Notes under the pieces: generated by a model
What the model saw: only the letters and a program-made list of their open reading frames with translations
The model's database searches: none
Told to the model about the DNA's origin: nothing
Source: a virus
Taxonomy: Duplodnaviria; Caudoviricetes
Virus record (IMG/VR): IMGVR_UViG_3300050514_000135
Span: 1 to 64,000 of that record
Direction: 5' to 3' (one strand)
Length of the DNA: 64,000 nt
In this document: in pieces, positions 57,887-64,000 of the stretch
How positions within the stretch are numbered: position 1 is the first letter of the stretch
Layout of the letters: each line of letters begins with the position of its first letter
Program-made: the position numbers and the translations under genes

Positions 57887-58101
57887 TTCTTCGCCGCCTC
57901 TCGGGCTCGTTCGACGAGCGCGCGCAGTGCGAGCAGCTCGCGCATCGCGTCCAGCACGACGACGTAGTGGATCGTGAGCGGCTGCCCCGACCGAGACATT
58001 CCCATCGGGTTGTAGATGACCTCCGACTTCAGGCACTCGATCGCCGCGCGGATGTCTTCCTCCGGTCTTGGCTGGCCGGTGACGTCTTCGAACTCAACCA
58101 C
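57883..58101 (-). CDS. hypothetical protein
   Basis: Coupled ORF. Confidence 0.55.
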   Translation of the reverse strand: MVEFEDVTGQPRPEEDIRAAIECLKSEVIYNPMGMSRSGQPLTIHYVVVLDAMRELLALRALVERAREAAKK

Positions 58102-59323
58102 GCGCCCTCATCTCCGCGAACCAGTCACGCAGCAACCTGCCCACGTTGCTCGAGTGGAACGTCTCGCGCGGCCAGTCGACTCGGGACTTGACCGGCTCGC
58201 GGTGCACGCGCTGCATGGCCTCGACGAGCGCGTCGAGCGAGTAGTCGGCCTGCGTCGCAGTCGGCTCCCAGTGGTAGGTCGGCGGCACCGCCTGCTCTCC
58301 CATGCGCGGGATCAGGATGTCGTCCTCGCCGAGGAAGTCGCGGGGCCCGCCCGAGTCGGTCGTGATCACGCGGCGTCGCGCGAGCTTCGCTTCCAGGAGC
58401 GGCATGTCGACGCCCTCGCCGCGACTCGCCGACACGTACACGTCGCCGTTGCCGTGGATGTCCTCGATCATCTGCTTCCGCGTGAGGACGCGCCGGTCGA
58501 CGACGATCGCGGAGTTTCGGGACGTCCAGCCGTTGCTCGCCGCCTCGTGACTGAACGTCGCCTCGTGGATGAAGTACTCCGGTGCGGGGTAGCCGACCTG
58601 CGCCGTCGCGGTCTTCAGCCACAGCCGCGCCTGGCCCGGCTTGAAGGCGCGCATGAACGCGCGGATGAGGTTCTCGGGAGCCTTCCGCTGCTCCCACGCG
58701 CCGATCCAGTAGAAGGTCCGGACGCTCCTCGGCGGGGGCAGCTGCAGGAGCGCGTCGTCGTCGAAGAACGGGACAGGCACCCACCGAACATTCGTCGAGC
58801 CGGCGTCGCGCAGCGCCCTCTCGTTCGCCGTGCACGGCACCCACACGCCCTCGAGCGTGTTGAGGTAGCGCGCGATGGCCGGCGTCGCGCGGAGCCGCTC
58901 GAACATCGTGTAGAACACGCGGGGCCGCGGCTTCCTGTCGAGCACCTGCCGGATGCACGGGATGAGCACGTCGGGGCGGTGGAAGCACGTCGACCAGACG
59001 TAGGCGTCGTGGGTGTCGGCGCTCCGCGACAAGCCGGCGGCCTCGGCAGCGACCTCCGGCAGCAGCCCGGCTTCGGGGACCACCGGGTAGAGCCGCGCGT
59101 CCACCCCCGCCTCGACCATCGCGCGGGCGTAGCGCCGAGCCAGGATGTCCCAGCCGACGTTCAGGCGGTTCCACGGGCAGTCGAGCACGACGAGCGGCCG
59201 GCCGTCTCGGGCGCGGTGCAGCGCGGCGGCCTGCGGCGCGACGGGCCTCTTCTTGGGCCGCGCCGTCTTCGGGCCGTGCTTGTATCTCAGCGCACGGGCG
59301 CGCCGCGTGATCTGCATCGCCAT
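58094..59323 (-). CDS. GT-B (GT4-like) glycosyltransferase
   Basis: YTMFE, RKAP..LIRAF, YVSASRGEG.DMP. Confidence 0.82.
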   Translation of the reverse strand: MAMQITRRARALRYKHGPKTARPKKRPVAPQAAALHRARDGRPLVVLDCPWNRLNVGWDILARRYARAMVEAGVDARLYPVVPEAGLLPEVAAEAAGLSRSADTHDAYVWSTCFHRPDVLIPCIRQVLDRKPRPRVFYTMFERLRATPAIARYLNTLEGVWVPCTANERALRDAGSTNVRWVPVPFFDDDALLQLPPPRSVRTFYWIGAWEQRKAPENLIRAFMRAFKPGQARLWLKTATAQVGYPAPEYFIHEATFSHEAASNGWTSRNSAIVVDRRVLTRKQMIEDIHGNGDVYVSASRGEGVDMPLLEAKLARRRVITTDSGGPRDFLGEDDILIPRMGEQAVPPTYHWEPTATQADYSLDALVEAMQRVHREPVKSRVDWPRETFHSSNVGRLLRDWFAEMRARG

Positions 59324-60483
59324 CACGCGACCTCCGCGCGGGGCAGCTTTGAACGCACCCACCGCGCCACCTCGCGACCGACGGCCGGCGCGTGGTGGTT
59401 CTGCCACGGCCACTCCTTGCTGCCGAAAGTGCGCTGCGGCGGGCGCGGGTTCTTCGCCATGTGCTGCATCGCCGCGGAGAGGTCCTCCACGCGGTAGTCG
59501 ACGCACGTCGAGCCTCGCCCCCAGATCGCGTCGTAGTCGGGCAGGAGCACCGTGCCGTTGCCGACGATGAGCCGGTCGTCGTCGCCGAGGAAGTCGGTGG
59601 GCCCGCCGGACGGCGTCGTGATGACGCGGTTTCCGGAGAGCTTCGCCGCGAACGCCGGCATGTCGATGCCCTCGCCGCGCGACGCCGAGACGTAGACGTC
59701 GTGCGTGTGGTGCAGCACGACCATCTGGTGCTGGGAGAGCAGGTCGCGGATGACGCGGATGTCACGATCGGTCTCCGCGTACGTCCAGCCCCTGTTCTCG
59801 ACGCACTCGTGGGCGATGACCTCCTCCGCCAAAGCGTACGAGCTGTATCGCCACGGTGCCGGACCGATCTTGAGCGTGAGCGTCGCCTCGCCCGGCCTGA
59901 ACGCTCGCATGAACGCCTTGATCAAATTGTGCGGGGCCTTGCGCGGCTCCCAACGACCGATCCAGTAAAAGGCCGGCCGATCGTACTCGGCATCGTGGCA
60001 GCGCTCGGCCAGGTGCGGGTCGTGGTCGAAGAACGGGACGTGGACGAAGTGAGCGTTCTTCACGCCCGCGCGCTGCAGGGCGTGCAGGTTCGCCGAGCAC
60101 GGGACGAGCACGCCGTCGAGCTGGTTCAGGAGCGGCACGAGCTCGGGCTGCACGTTCAGGCGCTCGAACATGGTGTAGAAGAGCGCCGGCTTCTTGTAGA
60201 GCTGGCGGTAGTTGATCACGCGCTGCAGGACCTTCACCTGCCCCGAGTCGGGCCCGCCGAACGCGCCGGACCAGAGGTAGGCGTCGGCGGGGCGCGGGCC
60301 GGGACCGATCATGTGCCCGACCTCGCGCTCAACGACCGGGTGGCGCTCCTCGAGCAGCGGCAGCCACGAGTGCAGGCGCACCTCGAGCCCGCCGAGCTCC
60401 ATCGCGCGGGCGTACGCGCGCGAGGCGATGCACCAGCCGTCGAAGAACCGGTCGAAGAGCGTTTCGAATAGGACGACGGTCAC
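59323..60483 (-). CDS. GT-B (GT4-like) glycosyltransferase, tandem paralog
   Basis: Same motifs as 58094-59323. Confidence 0.82.
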   Translation of the reverse strand: MTVVLFETLFDRFFDGWCIASRAYARAMELGGLEVRLHSWLPLLEERHPVVEREVGHMIGPGPRPADAYLWSGAFGGPDSGQVKVLQRVINYRQLYKKPALFYTMFERLNVQPELVPLLNQLDGVLVPCSANLHALQRAGVKNAHFVHVPFFDHDPHLAERCHDAEYDRPAFYWIGRWEPRKAPHNLIKAFMRAFRPGEATLTLKIGPAPWRYSSYALAEEVIAHECVENRGWTYAETDRDIRVIRDLLSQHQMVVLHHTHDVYVSASRGEGIDMPAFAAKLSGNRVITTPSGGPTDFLGDDDRLIVGNGTVLLPDYDAIWGRGSTCVDYRVEDLSAAMQHMAKNPRPPQRTFGSKEWPWQNHHAPAVGREVARWVRSKLPRAEVA

Positions 60484-60484
60484 C

Positions 60485-60736
60485 CTAGTCCGCCTCGCTC
60501 CAGTCCTCGGCGAGTACGTCCGTCTGCGACGCGAGCCACGGGACGAACTCGTTCTGAGCAGTCTTCATAACGATGAACGGCGCCCTCGCGACATCGAAGT
60601 TCTCCGTCTCTTCGGAACTCCAGCCCGCTGTCACGTACATCAGCCACATACCCTTGCCGTTCCAACCGTTGCGCTCGACGCGCTTGCCCTCGCGCAATCG
60701 CTTGAGCGCCTCGCCGAAGTCAAATTCTTCTTTCAT
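60485..60736 (-). CDS. DUF2829 family protein (Thoeris anti-defence Tad2-like)
   Basis: FDFGEAL..L..GKRV.R.GWNGKGMWL...PWLASQTDVLAEDW. Confidence 0.85.
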   Translation of the reverse strand: MKEEFDFGEALKRLREGKRVERNGWNGKGMWLMYVTAGWSSEETENFDVARAPFIVMKTAQNEFVPWLASQTDVLAEDWSEAD

Positions 60737-60748
60737 CGTCTTCCTCCT

Positions 60749-60937
60749 TCAGAGTTGAACCGAGTCCTGCACGAACCTCTTTGCCACCCCGTACTTGCGA
60801 TTGCCCCGCGTCATGTTCTTAGCGCCGTACAGAGGTTCGAGCCGGAACACTTCGCGGATCAAGTCGATGAACCGGCGCGCGTCGCGGTGCTTCTCCCTGT
60901 CTGCCTTCTCCCACTTCCTGGCTCGCGGCTTCCCCAC
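60749..60937 (-). CDS. small basic hypothetical protein
   Basis: Operon position. Confidence 0.45.
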   Translation of the reverse strand: MGKPRARKWEKADREKHRDARRFIDLIREVFRLEPLYGAKNMTRGNRKYGVAKRFVQDSVQL

Positions 60938-60940
60938 GGC

Positions 60941-61231
60941 TCAGTCCTCGATCACCAGGAGCACGTCTTCCTCGAGCACTGCGAGCAGCTCGCGGCCGTC
61001 GAGCTTGAGCTCGTTGCCCGCCCACTTGCCGAACATGACGCGGTCGCCCGGCTTCACGCACGGCTCGCGGAGCTTCCCGTTGTCGAACGTCTTGCCGCGT
61101 CCGACGGCGACGACCACGCCCTCGATCGGCTTCTCCTTCGCTATGTCCGGGATGATGATCCCGCCAGAAGTCTTGTCCTCGTTCTTCACGCGCTCGATGA
61201 GCACGCGGTCGTGCAGTGGTCTCAGGTTCAT
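60941..61231 (-). CDS. groES: co-chaperonin GroES
   Basis: LRPLHDRV, KTSGGIIIPD.AKEKP, VVAVG.G, GDRV.FGKWAG.E. Confidence 0.96.
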   Translation of the reverse strand: MNLRPLHDRVLIERVKNEDKTSGGIIIPDIAKEKPIEGVVVAVGRGKTFDNGKLREPCVKPGDRVMFGKWAGNELKLDGRELLAVLEEDVLLVIED

Positions 61232-61244
61232 GTCGCTCTTCCTT

Positions 61245-61697
61245 TCAGTGCAGGTGGTTCTCCGACGCGGGGTGCGCCGGGCAGTGGTCGAGGTGGTGCG
61301 CGCACGCGGCCGAGCAGGCCAGCTCGAACTTCGAGCTGATCAGCCACTCGTGCGGGACGCTCGTCCAAGAAGTGGACCTCTTCGGGACGCTCACGCGATC
61401 CTTCAGGCCGCAGACGTTGCAGTACACGTCCACGCGGTCGTACTTCCGGTTGATGAAGTCGGCGAGCCAGTCGCCGACGGTGAACCGGACGACCACGAGC
61501 AGCGGCCACGCGAGCATGCCGAGCGTCATGACCAGGTAGTTCGTGCCCCGCGACGCCCAGCGCAGCGGCCAGCGCATGCCCTTCGTCAGGTGGATCGTCC
61601 GGCGGAGACCGGCCTGGATCTCCACCGTGTTCGAGGCTGCCGCGGTGAAGCCGACCACGCCGCCGAGCCAAGCCCAGAAGAGCGCCTCGCGGATCAC
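61245..61697 (-). CDS. membrane protein with C-terminal Cys cluster
   Basis: Two TM segments, CNVC...CSAAC. Confidence 0.55.
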   Translation of the reverse strand: MIREALFWAWLGGVVGFTAAASNTVEIQAGLRRTIHLTKGMRWPLRWASRGTNYLVMTLGMLAWPLLVVVRFTVGDWLADFINRKYDRVDVYCNVCGLKDRVSVPKRSTSWTSVPHEWLISSKFELACSAACAHHLDHCPAHPASENHLH

Positions 61698-62053
61698 GAC
61701 TTCTGCTCCTTGAGCTTCTTGCGTGCCTGGCGCGCGCTGGCCGCGATCACGGCGTACCCGATCCGGTTCACGCCCTCCGCCGCGAGCCCGCCGGCGATGG
61801 CCTTCGCGCGCTCGGGGTTCTTCTTCACGAAGTCGCCGATCTTGCCGACGCCCTCCAGGAAGCGCTCGACGCTGACGACGGCACGCTCAGGGTCGCGCTC
61901 GACTACCTCGAGCGTCTTGTCGGCGAAGTCGACGGCGCGGCCGATGCCGCGCGCGATCAGGAGTTCCAGCTCGCTCGGCTCGCGCTTTGGTTTCTCCGGC
62001 GTCGGCTTGCGACGCACGCTCTGCCCGTTCTTCTTTCGCTTGGGCTTCTTCAC
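61694..62053 (-). CDS. hypothetical protein
   Basis: Coupled ORF. Confidence 0.55.
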   Translation of the reverse strand: MKKPKRKKNGQSVRRKPTPEKPKREPSELELLIARGIGRAVDFADKTLEVVERDPERAVVSVERFLEGVGKIGDFVKKNPERAKAIAGGLAAEGVNRIGYAVIAASARQARKKLKEQKS

Positions 62054-62217
62054 GCGTGAATCCTCAACTTCAACTGCTGCGCCGCCATCTTGATGCGCTC
62101 GACGACCGACGCTCGCACTTTCTCACCGGCCACGTACTTGCGGACGGTGCGGACGTCGACCAGCGACTCGGCGGCGACGCGCCGGATCTCGATCTCGGTC
62201 CACTTCTCGGTCGACAT
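62050..62217 (-). CDS. 55-aa LacI-type HTH protein (absent from the ORF track)
   Basis: Hand translation MSTEKWTEIEIRRVAAESLVDVRTVRKYVAGEKVRASVVERIKMAAQQLKLRIHA. Confidence 0.7.
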   Translation of the reverse strand: MSTEKWTEIEIRRVAAESLVDVRTVRKYVAGEKVRASVVERIKMAAQQLKLRIHA

Positions 62218-62255
62218 CTGTGCGCAGTATGTGCAATATGCGCACAGATTGTCAA
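62216..62255 (-). promoter_or_regulatory. sigma70-like promoter overlapped by an 11-bp inverted repeat
   Basis: TTGACA-N18-CATACT on the - strand; ATCTGTGCGCA-N12-TGCGCACAGAT at 62216-62249. Confidence 0.6.
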
Positions 62256-62314
62256 CGACGGTGTGGAATCCAGCGACGGTTGCCGCGAAAACTGCTCGGG
62301 GCTACCGTGCCGCG

Positions 62315-63058
62315 ATGAGATACCTGCTCTTCCTCTTCGTCTTCTTGCTCGCGTGGCCCGCGGCCGCGACCCCGCTCAGCCGGGCCCTGTTCGTGGTCGC
62401 CCAGGCGCTCCCCGCGCCGTACGCGCCCCCGGACAAGGCCGAGACGGCCGCCGTGGAGCGCGCCGCGTTCCTGGGCAAGCTCGCCGGCGGGCTCGCCAGC
62501 GCGGCCCAGGAGGCCACCTGCGAGGGGGACTACGCCGCCGACTCCGAGTGCCGGCGCAAGTGGCCGGGGCCGGCCGAGGAGGTCGCCGCGTTCGCCCTGA
62601 CGCTCGGGTGGTTCGAGTCCAAGCTCGACCCGGAGGTGCAGGCCGGCCGGTGCGCCGTGTGGGGTCCGGCGCCGTCGCAGATCGGCTGCGACGGGCAGCT
62701 CTTCCGGTCCGGGTACGCGCCCCCGGCGCTGGTCGGCGTCGAGCGCAGGACCAAGTGGGGCCTCGTCGTGTTCACGTCGAACACGGTCTTCCAGGTGAAG
62801 GTCGCGACCAACGAGCGCGTCCGCGAGATAGTCGGCGACGGCGAGATGCACGTGTTCGAGGCGAGCCGCGAGGCGGTCAAGATCATCAGCTCGAGTCGCG
62901 GCAACTGCCGCGCGGCAGCGAGCTGGCCCGAGTGCGTGGCGACGTCCTACGCGGGGTCGTCGACGTTCAAGCAGGCACCGATCCGCGCCGCGATGTTCCG
63001 CAAGGTCCTGCCGAAGGTGCGGGCGGCGATGAGGGACCCCGATGCCCCCTCCGCGTGA
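62315..63058 (+). CDS. secreted protein, possibly lysozyme/transglycosylase-like
   Basis: Signal peptide; LGWFESKL (E-S), VFQV and SYAG pattern. Confidence 0.45.
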   Translation: MRYLLFLFVFLLAWPAAATPLSRALFVVAQALPAPYAPPDKAETAAVERAAFLGKLAGGLASAAQEATCEGDYAADSECRRKWPGPAEEVAAFALTLGWFESKLDPEVQAGRCAVWGPAPSQIGCDGQLFRSGYAPPALVGVERRTKWGLVVFTSNTVFQVKVATNERVREIVGDGEMHVFEASREAVKIISSSRGNCRAAASWPECVATSYAGSSTFKQAPIRAAMFRKVLPKVRAAMRDPDAPSA

Positions 63059-63173
63059 CGACCGGTTCCGCGACGTGCTGCTCAACGAGGGCTGCACGGT
63101 CGCGGGCATCGTCCTCCTGGCGTTCGCGATCTCGCTCATGCTGTCGCTGACGATACTGTGGTGGCGATCGTGA
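63042..63173 (+). CDS. small single-TM protein
   Basis: Hand translation shows a hydrophobic C-terminal helix; overlaps both neighbours. Confidence 0.4.
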   Translation: MPPPRDDRFRDVLLNEGCTVAGIVLLAFAISLMLSLTILWWRS

Positions 63174-63712
63174 TCGAGATCTCCCGCCGGTCCTTCCTGC
63201 TCGGCACGGCGTCGCTGATCCCTAGTCGGGGAGTCGCCGCGCCGCCGGTCGACGGGACCGTGCTCATCGGCGACAGCCACGCCTACATGATGAACCGCGC
63301 CTTCCATGATGTCGCGCACGCCTACGACAGGCGCGTCGCGGTGGTCGCGCACGGCGGGTCGAGCGTGCGGCAGTGGCTCGTCAAGAAGTGGGTGCAGCGA
63401 GAGGTGCTCGCGAAGTACCCGGACGCGACGCTGCTCCTGGTCTCGCTCGGCACGAACTGCACGCGCTCGGAGCGACCGCGCCTCGCGGACGACATCCGGC
63501 GCCTGGTGTCCGAGAGCGGCGTGAGCGTGTCGTGGCTCCTGCCCCCGCCGATGAAGTTCGACACGACGTACCTGCGCGACGCCGTCAAGCAAGTCACCGG
63601 CGTCTTCCCGATCGACCCAGGACCTCTCCCGATGCTGCGCGACAAGATCCACGCGACGCCGAAGGGCTACTACATGTGGGCGCAGACGATCGCCGACACG
63701 CTCTGGTCGTGA
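63170..63712 (+). CDS. SGNH/GDSL hydrolase with Tat signal
   Basis: SRRSFL twin-arginine, IGDS, SLGTN, DKIH. Confidence 0.8.
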   Translation: MIEISRRSFLLGTASLIPSRGVAAPPVDGTVLIGDSHAYMMNRAFHDVAHAYDRRVAVVAHGGSSVRQWLVKKWVQREVLAKYPDATLLLVSLGTNCTRSERPRLADDIRRLVSESGVSVSWLLPPPMKFDTTYLRDAVKQVTGVFPIDPGPLPMLRDKIHATPKGYYMWAQTIADTLWS

Positions 63713-63713
63713 C

Positions 63714-64000
63714 TCACGTCAAAGGGCGAGCCCAGAACACGCCGGCGTCGTCGACCGCGACCTCGTACTTCTTCTGCTCGTGATTCACGAAGCCCAGCCA
63801 GCGCACCTTCCCTGTCGGGCGCTGGGGTTCATCGGGGCCCGGCTCGTGCGGGCCCTCGTGACTGCCGTTACCGTAGAGCAGCACGATCAGGTCGGCGTGT
63901 AGAACGCGCCGAGCGCCGAGCGGAGACTCTGCTCGCCGTCGACCGTGCGGAACTCGCCCGTGTCGGTCCCGAGCGCGGCGGTGCGTGTGATGAAGCGCCC
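63714..64000 (-). CDS. hypothetical protein, 5' end truncated by the window edge
   Basis: Open frame running from the window end to a TGA at 63714. Confidence 0.4.
   Translation of the reverse strand, partial: ALHHTHRRARDRHGRVPHGRRRAESPLGARRVLHADLIVLLYGNGSHEGPHEPGPDEPQRPTGKVRWLGFVNHEQKKYEVAVDDAGVFWARPLT

Noticed and set aside
51728-60483. Host chromosomal O-antigen locus marking a prophage boundary
   Set aside because: There are no wzx/wzy/wzm genes, small phage-type ORFs are interspersed, and phage genes (DUF2829, solo groES) continue beyond it.
1-64000. tRNA or rRNA genes, IS elements, reverse transcriptase/DGR, and capsid, terminase or portal genes
   Set aside because: None was recognisable by eye. 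tRNAscan-SE and profile searches are needed to exclude them formally.

Overview
The window is a 64-kb slice of a large, high-GC bacteriophage-like genome. The host is plausibly a myxobacterium, inferred from a Polyangiales-style G/A-linker lipoprotein. 1-30.7 kb is a leftward operon block. It holds replication and nucleotide genes (ThyX, family A DNA polymerase, SF2 helicase, Cas4/PD-(D/E)XK nuclease, primase-helicase, a likely origin, a UDG-like protein, a Dam-like methylase, UvrD) and many small early genes. 31.8-39.7 kb is a rightward block (tyrosine recombinase, kinase, Nudix). 39.7-51.7 kb encodes paralogous membrane-anchored and fibre-like, probably virion, proteins. 51.7-60.5 kb is a sugar synthesis, methylation and glycosyltransferase cluster, followed by a Tad2/DUF2829-like gene, groES and secreted hydrolases. 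The standout element is at 16.7-18.3 kb: a lone Cas7/RAMP-like gene with no other cas genes. It is flanked on both sides by non-coding arrays with 5-nt periodicity (GG-NNN pentamers on the + strand), divided into modules by a GTCGC anchor. This looks like a phage RNA-guided system that is not CRISPR. All protein calls come from motifs read by eye; no database search was run.
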